In this document: positions 36,916 to 48,056 of the stretch, piece by piece | Layout: every line of letters begins with the position of its first letter | Numbering within the stretch: position 1 is the stretch's first letter | NCBI RefSeq assembly: GCF_006345805.1 | Contig: NC_043001.1 | Location: forward strand, 87,482,001-87,546,000 | Reading direction: 5' to 3' | Length of the DNA: 64,000 nt | Source of the DNA: Octopus sinensis | Lineage: Eukaryota | The notes under the pieces: generated by a model | The model's database searches: none | The model's input: the letters and a program-made list of their open reading frames with translations, nothing else | Told to the model about the DNA's origin: nothing | Translations under genes and position numbers: made by a program

Positions 36916-38841
36916 TGTATGTATGTATGTATGTATGTATATGTAATGGAGATACATATATTTTATGTATATGTACATATTGTGCTGGAAACTGAATGAT
37001 CTGCTAGCGGTACCTTTTGGAATTCAAGGTAAGAGCAACTCTATTTTTGTGCCCTTAAACCGCACACACACACACATACACATACATATATACATACATA
37101 TATACATACATATATATGTATATATACATGCATATATGGGCACAGGACATCAAAAAAACGTTGAACATAATGAGAAACGAAAACATAAAAACAAAAACAT
37201 AGAAACGAACTTTTTTCAAACATGGAAAAAAAACAGAGAAACAAGACATACAACACAAGCAATATTCCCCTTCTTCAGCAGTCCCTGTTTCATCTACTCC
37301 ACATTTATATATACATATATTTGTGTATACTCAGACACACACACATTCATACGAGCTGCTTTCACTTTGTCTATCAAATCTAACCCAAGTTTTGGTCAAT
37401 CAGAAGTTGAAAGAGAAGATGCAGAGTGAAACTGAACTTGAAAACACTTGATTGGCTGATACACCCACCCACGCACATACACACACAAACCGAACTTTCG
37501 GAATTTTTTTTTTCTCAGAGAGTTCCTAGGTTTTTGATAACGGAGAATCCGAATATGCAAAAAATCACGCTTTCAAAATTTTAAATCCCCTCCACCACAA
37601 TTTTTAATTTTTTACTTTTTTTGAATTTATTTATTATTTTTCAATCTACATGGGAAAATACGGAGATTAACAATATGGCAAACAAAAAATTAATTAGTTT
37701 CAAATTTTATATGAAAAGCTCCAAATTTGATCCACACACCCTTTGCCATACCCAGCAATAAACAGTGCGCGTACGCAACAATCTCTACAGCTCACTGAAA
37801 ATGAACGGCTGAAACCTGTTGTATATGACAGTCTTGTTTTTTTTCACTTTAAAGGTAAACGATTCTCATAAAAGCAAACACGATATTAAATAATTTTCTG
37901 TCATACGTATACTAAAAACTTTAACATACTTCCAAAATGGGATATTATACATGTTTATCCACATGTGGTGGGGAGGCAGATTTAAAATTTTGAAAGATTG
38001 TCGTCTAGCTCCACCAATATATACACCCACATATTTATATATCATCTTCTTTAACATCCATGCCCCATTTGCTGAGATGGATGACACATACATACATACA
38101 TACATACATACATACATACATACATACATACATACATACATACATACACAAATATATATATATATATTGTGATATTTTATGTGAGAGTCAAAAAATGTGT
38201 ATATGTATACATAGTAGTTGGGTATATCACAAAAGGTTATGTGCGTGTGTGTGCATTCTGATAAAAAAATGAGGGTATTTAAAAACAAACAGGTAAGTCT
38301 GTAATATGTTACAGAATAGAATTACAAAAAGTGAGGTCATAGGGTCAAGCTGATTTCGTCATGTTGGGCGTCTATCTCTTACTATAGTTTTGGGGCGCTT
38401 CAAGTTGTCTGATTGAGATTGAGCAGACGGAGACCGTTAAAAATACGTTCACAGTCCTCCAACTCTAATTCAGAAGGCCAGTTCTTGATCCTCTCTTTCA
38501 CATTGATTCTTCCTGGGAATCAACATGTTTTGAATTTTGTTTCAAATGTATCGGACTTATACTAAAAGTTCTATAATTACAACATCCAGATTGTTCTCTC
38601 ATATAAATTTCAGCGAGTCCGTCTGAATCCTTTCAAAAATACTAGACATTGAAGTTAGTCATTCATACAGGGCAGTCCATAGAAACAACATGTACCAGAC
38701 ACACTGCTGTATACGATGTAGGAAAGTTTTGATTTCTTGCTCTCAAAGATAGAACTCCCTTCTGTAAATAACTTCAGAATGTTTTAAGTAAGAAATAAAA
38801 TAAGAAATGAAAGAGTAAATATGTCACTTCCTCAAACTCAC

Positions 38842-38854
38842 CTGTGGTCTCCAT
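38842..38854 (-). CDS. Candidate first coding exon end (METT-)
   Basis: ctacATGGAGACCACAG|gtgagt in TE-poor unique sequence. Confidence 0.25.
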
Positions 38855-39275
38855 GTAGCTTTCTTGTTTGTAATTAGGACACAGGTAGACAATATGCACT
38901 CACTCTCTCAATATCCTATACACTCATTCCAACACACTTCCCCTCTCGCATAACTTTCTCTCTCACTCTCACTATGCGCATACTTCATTTATTTATATAT
39001 GGAAGACACATACAATAGAAATGCAAAATGGCTGACGGTTAGTAAGGAGAGACACACAAAGAAGAAAACAAAGGACCACTAATGCGGTCACAGGAGTGTG
39101 ACGAAAGAACTCTGGCCAAAATAAGATTAAAATTAATGTAAAAAATAAATAACACTGAAGCAAAGTAACACCAAATATATAGTGTGTGTGTTTTTATTGG
39201 CTAAACTGGCAAAATGACCACTCCGAAATACAACAATGTCTGTTTCAACACACAACTTCACATAAAAAATCTTGT

Positions 39276-39306
<31 letters not shown>

Positions 39307-39507
39307 GTTTAAGTAGTTGAATGAATTATCCCAGTATGGATAATTCGGTTAACCGATACCCGGGTAGCAAATTCACATCAGAAAACACGGTTGAAGCTAC
39401 ATGCCAAGGGCAGAAATCACGTGCTTTCGTGTGGAAATTTGTGTGTTTTTTTACTATAAATAAATGAAAGAATGGAGTCGAACGACGATTTAACAAAATT
39501 CCTTTAT

Positions 39508-39588
39508 TCTCGACATATGTTTCGAAGACTGCATATTCTCAATTCCGAAGGAATAAAGGGTGCATTATGCCGCCTTCTCATCAGGAAA
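39508..39588 (-). ncRNA. Type-I hammerhead ribozyme with long stem II
   Basis: Minus strand TTTC-CTGATGA-GAAGGC-G-GCATA...TATGC-A-GTCTTC-GAAA-CATATG-TC-GAGA, then AATAAA. The downstream sequence resembles that after the 27244 hammerhead. Confidence 0.8.
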
Positions 39589-39680
39589 GACAAGGAACTT
39601 ATGTCAGCATCATGACGAACAAAAACTTTTAGATGACTGCCCACACGTAGTCCATTATCGCTGATGCACTCGCTGCCCCA

Positions 39681-41013
39681 GTGAGGAGAGTGTTAAATCA
39701 GCAAACTGGGATGCTAATGCAACATGGAAGAATGCATTTCTTTGGCTTTTGGAACATCAGATCCCTGATGAATGAAGAAACACAGGCACTAACAATGCAC
39801 ACTCTCTCCAAATATAACATCGATATTGCATGCCTCTCTGAAGTTAGACTTCCTGATTCTGGTTATCGCAAAATCAAAGTATCCCAACACGATGCATCAT
39901 ACCATCTCTACCTCAGTGGAGCAACTGATAACTCTGGCCTTCATGGAGTTGCCTTCACCCTCAACGATCACGCCAATGCGTCACTCCTTGCCTGGGAACC
40001 TATCTCCCCCACCCATCTAGCCCGTATCCGCCTCAGAAGTTCAGCTATCAACATCAGTGTCATTGTTGTCTATGCTCCTGCTCTCAACGCTTCTGATGAA
40101 GTTAAAGACTCCTTCCATGATGCTTTACAGGCAGTTGTTGATCGTATACCCGCAAGCAACATTCTAATCATTGCAGGCAATTGGAATGCCCACACAGGAC
40201 CAAGTAACACCACTTATGACCACATACTGGGATGGTTTGCGATTGGCAACCAATGCACCAATGGTGAAAGACTTGTCAATTTCGCTGCTGCAAATCATCT
40301 TACTGTTTCCAGCACGCGCTTTCAACATCCACGGCACCATCTTCTTAGTTGGTACTCCAATGATGGTGTCACAGCAAACCAGATTGACCATTTTCTCGTT
40401 AGAAGCCGCTGGTCGTCGAGTGTCCTTGATTGTCGAATGTTCAGAGGCACAGAAACCAGCAGTGAACATGGTTCTGATCATATATTAGGATGGGCAAAAC
40501 TACGTCTTCATCTCAAGGCCATCAAGTATCACTCTAAGCCTCTAAGATATGATATCTCGAAGCTAAAAAGTAACCAAACCGAACATTTATTCCGTATCAA
40601 ATTAACAAATCAGTTTAACGGGCTCAAAGTCCTTCAATCTGCTTCCTCAGATGAAGTCTGGCAAGTGGTCAAACATAATCTTCAATCTGTGATGTCCACA
40701 ACACTTGGCACTACTAAGCGAAAAGACAAAGATTGGATCTCGGGCCGAACAATCGAAATTGCTGAAAAAGCGAAACAAGCTCGATGCAACAAATCCGATA
40801 CCTACAGACAACTGTGCCGTGAAGCTGCCTGTTCTGCCCGCGCTGATCGAAATAAATTCTGGAGGACGGTGGCTGAAGACATGGAACATGCCGCATCTGC
40901 TGGGGACTCCTGTAAGCTCTACAGCCTCCTTCGATCGAGCACAAAGACAGGCTGGAGTGGTAACAAAACCATTTTGGACCAGAATGGCGATCCCATCACC
41001 AATCTCACTGAGC
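39681..41013 (+). pseudogene. RTE-clade LINE ORF, AP endonuclease region only (3'-truncated)
   Basis: FWNIRSL, IACLSEVR, VIVVYAP, IIAGNWNA, QIDHFLV, SDHIL; about 445 codons open, ending before the RT domain. Confidence 0.85.
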
Positions 41014-41118
41014 GTATTTATCCATAATTAGTTCATAATAAAGTGGGTTTCCTGATGTATGAAGGTATGCTGTTTGCATTTCTGATCACTTTATTATGAA
41101 CTAATTATGGATAAATAC
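41014..41118. repeat. Perfect 32-bp inverted repeat with 41-bp spacer
   Basis: GTATTTATCCATAATTAGTTCATAATAAAGTG (41014-41045) and its exact reverse complement (41087-41118). Confidence 0.95.
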
Positions 41119-41378
41119 ATCGTCTGTGAGTATGAAATCTCTCCTCATATCTCCAGAATTCAAACATTCGTCATTATTATGGATGGATTTACATTTTCAA
41201 TTTCTGTGAAACTAAGAGGTTTTTTAAAATACTTTTTTAAAGCCTGTTATTTGACTGTGCAACATTAAAGATCTTTGGATGTCCGTTTATTATCTAAATC
41301 TGATTTTTATAGAACTATCCCAAATGTTTCATGAGTGTAGCCTCACCCCCCTTTGATGTTTGGAGAACTCAGATGTTT

Positions 41379-41467
41379 TTTCGGCTGATGAGTACGGGCC
41401 ACGTGTATTTGCTGCAATATTTGCAGCCTTAATAATGGTGTCTTCGTACGAAACAATTGTACCGAAA
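41379..41467 (+). ncRNA. Type-I hammerhead ribozyme with long stem II, all core nucleotides intact
   Basis: TTTCGG-CTGATGA-GTACG...CGTAC-GAAA-CAATTG-TA-CCGAAA; internal GCTGCAA/TTGCAGC hairpin. The 3' flank (ttataatcacccc...) is homologous to 32400-32490. Confidence 0.85.
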
Positions 41468-41612
41468 TATTGATCCATTTTTGTTGCTTTTTTCTTGCTT
41501 ATAATCACCCCGCATTATCTTATGGTTAATACCATATAGATTTCTGGTGCACCTAAGTTAAGTACCTCATTCATGTGAATTCAACAGAACTCACTTGAAT
41601 CTTAATTACTTT

Positions 41613-41639
<27 letters not shown>

Positions 41640-41651
<12 letters not shown>

Positions 41652-42656
41652 TCTAGTTGTGTGAGTGTCTGTCCCCTTCGATTTAGATTCCTAACTCCTC
41701 CCACATTTTGCGGTGCAGTTTAACCAAATTCGGGTATCTTATAGTCGTGATTCATATCGAGCCCGTCTGACTATTAGCGCGCGTCAATGATGAGTCTACG
41801 ATTTTAAAAATAATTTAACATCATTTTTTATTCCATTTTAATGCATAAAATGCATCGTGTGTCGATGGCGGCGGAGTTGGCGTCCACGCTCACAGCTGCA
41901 CCTGTTTGCTTCTCCCCCTTCCCTCCCTCGTGAAGCTGTGGGGAAGGGAGTGTAAAGAAATCAACGTCGTAATGCGTTGTGAAGGAAACCAGCGTTCTTT
42001 TAGAACAACGACTTCATGGCTTGAAGACACCAAAACAAAAATGGCTAAGAAAGCCCGAATTTATAAGGGAAGTAACTCTCTAAAAATGCTTATATAGTTA
42101 TTTCCCTTACAAACCTGAGCAACGCCGGGCGATACTGCTAGTATATATATAAAACTGTAGTTGTGTGAGTGTCTGTCTCCTACGATTTAGATTCCTAACT
42201 CCTCCCACATTTTGCGGTGCAGTTTAATCAAATTCGGGTATCTTATAGTCGTGATTAATATCGAGCCCGTCTGGCTATTAGCGCGCGTCTACGATGAGTC
42301 TACGATTTAAAAAATAATTTAACATCATTTTTTATTCCATTTTAATGCATAATTTTTCGTGTGTCGATGGCGGCGGAGTTGGCGTCCACGCTCAAACACC
42401 TGCACCTGTGTTTGCTTCTCCCCCTTCTTCCCTCCCTCGTGAAGCTGTGGGGAAGGGAGTTTAAGGAAATCAATGTCGTAATGCGTTGTCAAGGAGACCA
42501 GCGTTCTTTTAGAACAACGACTTCATGGCTTGAAGACACCAAAACAGAAATGGCTAAGAAAGCCCGAATTGGCATCTATAAAGGAAGTAACTCACTAAAA
42601 ATGCTTATATAGTTATTTCCCTTACAAACCCGAGCAACGCCAGGCGATACTGCTAG
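41640..42656 (+). mobile_element. Two head-to-tail non-autonomous Helitrons (family A)
   Basis: Two units of about 500 bp ending ...GAGCAACGCCGGGCGATACTG-CTAG (42141) and ...GCCAGGCGATACTG-CTAG (42656). Confidence 0.9.
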
Positions 42657-42685
42657 TATATATATATATTATATATATATATATA

Positions 42686-44197
42686 TCATCATCATCATCA
42701 TCATCATCATTTAGCGTCCGTTTTCCATGCTAGCATGGGTTGGACGGTTCAACTGGGGTCTGGGGAGCCCGAAGGCTGCACCAGGCCAGTCAGATCTGGC
42801 AGTGTTTCTACAGCTGGATGCCCTTCCTAACGCCAACCACTCCGAGAGTGTAGTGGGTGATTTTATGTGCCACCGACACAGGTGCCAGACGAGGCTGGCG
42901 AACGGCCACGCTCGGATGGTGTTTTTATGTGCCACCGACACAGGTGCCAGACGAGGCTGGCAGACGGCCACGCTCGGATGGTGTTTTTATGTGCCACCGA
43001 CACAGGTGCCAGATGAGGCTGGCGGACGGTCACGATCGGATGGTGTTTGTTACGTCCCCAAAGCACGGAGGCCAGTCTATGCGGTACTGGCTACGGCCAC
43101 GTTCGGATGATTTTCTTGTGTGCCACCGGCACTGGTACCACAAAGATACAAATTCCATTGATGTTCATCTATTTTGATTTGTTTTGATTTGATTTTCACT
43201 TGCCTCAACAGGTCTTCACAAGTGTCACAAGAAGGAAGGTATGCACAGGTGGACTGACTACGTCCCAGGTAGGGGCCACGGGTTATGGCCTGACTAGTCT
43301 TGCCGGGTCTTCGGATGGTGTTTTTATGTGCCACCGACACAGGTGCCAGATGAGGCTGGCGAACGGCCACGATCGGATGGTGTTTGTTACGTGCCCACAG
43401 CACGGAGGCCAGTCGATGCGGTACTGGCTACGGCCACGTTCGGATGGTTTTCTTGTGTGCCACCGGCACTGGTACCACAAAGATACAAATTCCATTAATG
43501 TTCATCTATTTTGATTTGATTTGATTTGATTTTCACTTGCCTCAACAGGTCTTCACAGGTCTTCACAAGTGTCACAGGAAGGAAGGAAGGTATGCACAGG
43601 TGGACTGACTACGTCCCAAGTAGGGGCCACGGGTTATGGCCTGACTAGTCTTGCCGGGTCTTCGGTTGGTGTTTTTATGTGCCACCGACACAGGTGCCAG
43701 ATGAGGCTGGCGAACGGCCACGATCGGATGGCGTTTGTTATGTGCCCACGTCACAGAGGCCAGTCGATGCGGTACTGGCTACGCCCACGTTCGGATGGTT
43801 TTCTTGTGTGCCAACGGTACTGGTACCACAAAGATACAAATTCCATTGATGTTCATCTATTTTGATTTGGTTTGATTTGATTTGATTTGATTTTCAGTTG
43901 CCTCAACAGGTCTACACAAGTGTCACACACTTGCCTCAACAGGTCTTCACAAGTGTCATAAGTAGGAAGGTATGCACAGGTGGACTGACTACGTCGCCGG
44001 GTCTTCGGATGGTGTTTTTATGTGCCACCGACACAGGTGCCAGATGAGGCTGGAGAACAGCCACGATCAGATGGTGTTTGTTGTGCCCACAGCACGGAGG
44101 CCAGTCGATGCGGTACTGGCTACGGCCACGTTCGGATGGTTTTCTTGTGTGCCACCGGTACTGGAACCACAAAGATACAAATTCCATTGATGTTCAT
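42686..44197 (-). repeat. Hierarchically tandem-amplified RTE 3' UTR
   Basis: (CAT)n tail at 42686; TGTGCCACCGACACAGG anchor at 42866, 42928 and 42990 (62-bp units), then at 43327, 43678 and 44021 (337-351-bp units). Confidence 0.9.
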
Positions 44198-44267
44198 ATA
44201 TATATAATATATATATATGTATATGTCTATCTATCTATCTATATACATATATATATATATATATATA

Positions 44268-44905
44268 CACCTGGTGAAGTTAGTTAAATCAGAATTCGGA
44301 CACTATGTCCTACCCAAGTAGAAAGTTACTGTTTATCAGGGTGACAGAGGTTTATCTGGGATTTTTTGAAGGAATTTTTCCAGAGACTTCTTGAACTTTA
44401 TGGGGTCTATTTCTGCTTTAATGTGTTTTGATATCATGTTAAAGAGAGTGGGGCCAATTGATGTGAGATAATTGTGCCAAATTGTTATTATGAGATGCAG
44501 TGGGATTTATGTGGTCGGTGGATAGCACGGGGCAGGAGTCTTGGGTGTATCTTAAAGGTGATGCCAGCATCATTCGGGAAATGCTGATAGAATATTTTCC
44601 TCATCATGCAGATGATACAGTGCTCATGTCAACATTGAAGAGGATAAAGCTTGATCTTTTCTAGTTGATTCCAATGGTCAAGGACTGTCATGCCATCTGT
44701 CTATTTTGTAATTGACCTTTGAGGGGCTTCAAGTTTCATGGGAATTTGTTCTGTGTGGGAAGACCATAGTGGACAACTGTATTGAAAGAGGGGTCAGGCA
44801 AAAGTGGAGAAGAGAAGGATAGTGGTGCGGATATCAGGCTATCTCTCAACTGGAAAGTTCTGAGAATACAGGAACACATTCTGCTGACCATGTTGACTTT
44901 GCTGT
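44268..44905 (-). mobile_element. CR1-like LINE 3' fragment
   Basis: The reverse complement is homologous to about 6750-7350. Boundaries approximate. Confidence 0.75.
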
Positions 44906-44970
44906 GTATAATAGCGGCGCACCCTCTATATATATGTATCTCTATCTGTCTGTCTGTGTGTCTATCTATG

Positions 44971-45034
<64 letters not shown>

Positions 45035-45815
45035 TATAAACATACATATATATATACACACACATATAAAGAGATATACATGTAAATATATGTATATATA
45101 CACACACATACACATATACACATGTATATAAGTATTATATGCTCTCATCCACTTGTGTATGTGTGTCTGCCTTTTCTTTAATTTCTTAAAATCATTGTCC
45201 TATATTTATATATATATATAAAATACTGTATATATACACTTACATACACAGTGATAGAAGTGACGTTTTGACTAAAAGAGAAGTACCTATTTGCTTGTAG
45301 AGTATGGAGATACTGGCTTGTAAATCAAAAATTGTATAGAGTAAAATATATTTACGATCAACTTTCCGTGACTTGAAGTCATCAGATAAAAACTGAGATG
45401 AAAATAACTATCGATGAAAACTAAATTGTTCATACCAATTTTTTAAATAAGAGGAAAAGGGGAGAGAACTCTTATTTATTAGTTTGGGTGAGTTTTCTCC
45501 TTTTTCTCAGCTAAGCAAGCGAAGGAAAGTGTTAAATCCGGAAAAAGTAATGTATGAATCTATACTCATAAATCACAATCGTATAAAATCGGTGGTAGCA
45601 AGTTATATTTCTTTAAGGCTAATTACTTATCTTAAAGAATATAATGAAAGATATTTGTTTAATGACTGCGTGGTTAAAAAGCTCACATTGCAACCAAGTG
45701 GTTTTGAATTCAGCCTCACTGTGTAGTACTTTGGAGAAGTGTCTTCTTTTATAACCCTGGATCAACCAATGCTTTTGAGTGAATTTGGAAGATAGAAACT
45801 GTACGGAAGCCCTGA

Positions 45816-46295
45816 TGTTTCTGGGATCTCAGATGATTATGAAGAAGAACACCGGAGAGGTTTGAGATTTTTATGATAAACAAAATTTTATTCTTTCTGT
45901 ACACAAAAAACAAATACTGTCTTTACTAGGAATGACCAAGCGTCAAGGGAGTCTCGGACGTTATTAATCTTGATATAGTTGTAACTGCAGCTAAAGTGTG
46001 GTTATCTGTTTGCCGTGCTACTGACTTGTAATATCTTTCATCCTCTGACTGTTCATTGCCTTTGCGTTGTCAGTTGCTGTTGGTCATCTCCTATGGTATC
46101 AGTGCTCTCCCTCTCTCTCTCTCCCTCTCTCTCTCTCTCCCTCTCTCTCTGCTGTTTCTCAAAGCCCTCTAGTTAAGTAGCTAAGGTGTGCCAAATATAT
46201 ACTGATGCGGAAAGGTGGGATTTTTGCTTGAGTTAGTTTTAAGCGATGTCATGATTAGTTAAATTTTTTTTTATCGCGTGGTTAATATTCTAACA
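45816..46295 (-). mobile_element. Possible solo LTR
   Basis: 480 bp bounded by TGTT...AACA with AATAAA on the minus strand; no matching TSD found. Confidence 0.35.
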
Positions 46296-46314
46296 AATCC
46301 CGACGTTGGGTGAT

Positions 46315-47590
46315 TGCTGAATATTCCTGCTACAGGGGTTTTCGAGTCTTTCAATATCAGACCCCTTCATCCAGTTGACCCAGCCAAAGTTGATCGGCTT
46401 GCATCCCAATACCAGCAAACCTTTGGTCTGCCTTCTTTATCCAAAGCCAGCTAGTGGCCTTCTCTGCAGCTTTAATGATGGAATTTATAACCATCCTTTT
46501 TGCTGCACCAGTAGCTTCAAGCCCAGTCAGAGATTTGTAGAATGACCATCTGACAAAACCATGACAGTCCATTTCTGTTGCTTTGCTTTGTGCCTGCCAG
46601 GTCTGATTTCTGCTATGCTCTTCCAGCTTCTAGAATTTGGCAAGTTTCTTCTCATGAGCATCGTCCATGTGTTCCTCCCAGGGTACTGTCATTTCTCACA
46701 TGATCACTTTGGTGGAATTTGAGATCATTATGTCTGGGCAGAGTGTTGTTGGTATTATGTGATCTGGGAACTTTAACCATTCCGTGGGATCTGCCAGTCT
46801 GGTGCAGTGGAGATTAGGCATGATGGTCATTGATGTTTCAGTAGACTGGACTTTTCTCCAACTTTCTTTTCATTTTTGTTTTACTTGTTTCAATCATTTG
46901 ACTGTGGCCATGCTGGAGCATCGCCTTTAGTTGAGAAAATCGACCCCAGGACTTATTCTTTGTAAGCCTAGTACTTATTCTATCGGACTCTTTTGCCGAA
47001 CCACTAAGTTACGGGGACGTAAACACACCAGCATCAGTTGTCAAGCGATGTTGGGGGGACGAACACAGACACACAAACATATACATCCACACATACGTAT
47101 ATATATATAAACATATATACAACAGGCTTCTTTCAGTTTCCGTCTACCAAATCCACTCACAAGGCTTTGGTCGGCCCAAGGCTATAGTAGAAAACACTTG
47201 CCCAAGGTGCCACACAGTGGGATTGAACCTGGAACTATATGGTTGGTAAGCAAGCTACTAACCCCACAGCCACTCTCACGCCTGTTAGGAAAATGATGGC
47301 TTCTTTCCTGGGGTGATATTTACTGGACTGAATAGCTGTTGATATCACCTCTGTAACCACTCTGATCATCTTATTGTGCTGTCAGTGGTAGCAACCATTG
47401 GCTAAGCCTCTGGAGCAGCTGCTGAGGAGATGCCGAAGGGACTCTCTTACAGTACATAAGGCACAGGATGGTGTTTCACTCCTTCCCCATGTGTGAAGGC
47501 TTGTTCCACTTCACAAAGTATCATTGACAGACTGGATTTGCTTCCTGGACACTCTCAATGCATGCCTGATTATACATCAATATCTTGACT
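46315..47590 (-). mobile_element. RLE-type non-LTR retrotransposon relic (HERO-like), split by a SINE
   Basis: CALCTVRESLRHLLSSC (CCHC) ...H*QHNKMI...; LCPDIMIS...EMTVPWEE...KKLAKF...AAEKATSWLWIKK. Confidence 0.75.
46871..47283 (-). mobile_element. Full-length tRNA-derived SINE (family 1)
   Basis: Reverse-complement homologue of 57030-57406; interrupts the HERO-like frame at IIFL|KVGEK. Confidence 0.9.
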
Positions 47591-47859
47591 TGTGAAGGTT
47601 TTTCATTATACTGAATGGCCTCCCCTGTATTTCTGAATTGAATGGCCTCCCCTGTATTTCTGAATTTATTTAAATCATTCTCATTTTAAGTATTTATTTT
47701 CATTTCCAATTCATTTACATTAATTCCACTAACCCTTATTTTCCCTTGGTCTATTAGGTAATGAGGGCATAATTCTACATTTGTTTTTGCTACAAAAAGG
47801 TTTTGTTTGGAAGGGGGTCACTGCAATGGCCACAAGCTCCAAACTGCAAACCTCTAGGC

Positions 47860-48056
47860 CAGTGGTTCCCAAACTATGAGTTGTGACCCACAGATGGGTC
47901 GCAAACGGAATCTTAGTGGGTCGCAAAAAGTTATAAAATTACGCATTAGCTTTGATTAACTGCTGTCTATCGAGATACTCAGTAGAGTTAAGTGGGTCGT
48001 CATAAACTGGTGTGATAAATAGTGGGTCGCGACTCGAAAAAGTTTGGGAACCACTG
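47860..48056. mobile_element. hAT (Charlie-like) MITE
   Basis: TIRs CAGTGGTTCCCAAA/TTTGGGAACCACTG; perfect 8-bp TSD CTCTAGGC (47852-47859, 48057-48064). Confidence 0.95.

Noticed and set aside
37270-37310. CTGAAGA on the minus strand within a repeat
   Set aside because: The element is truncated; the GAAA and stem partners are missing.
42711-44287. CRISPR-like regular repeats and repetitive ORFs
   Set aside because: No unique spacers and no cas genes in a eukaryotic context; the units are tandem copies of a LINE 3' UTR.
46340-46375. GGGGTCTGATATTGAAAGACTCGAAAACCCC in the HERO-like 3' UTR
   Set aside because: It contains CUGA and GAAA but folds as a simple stem-loop; the hammerhead topology is not satisfied.
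47612-47665. 27-bp direct tandem duplication (also about 25-bp x3 near 29670-29746)
   Set aside because: Ordinary local slippage duplications with no functional signal.
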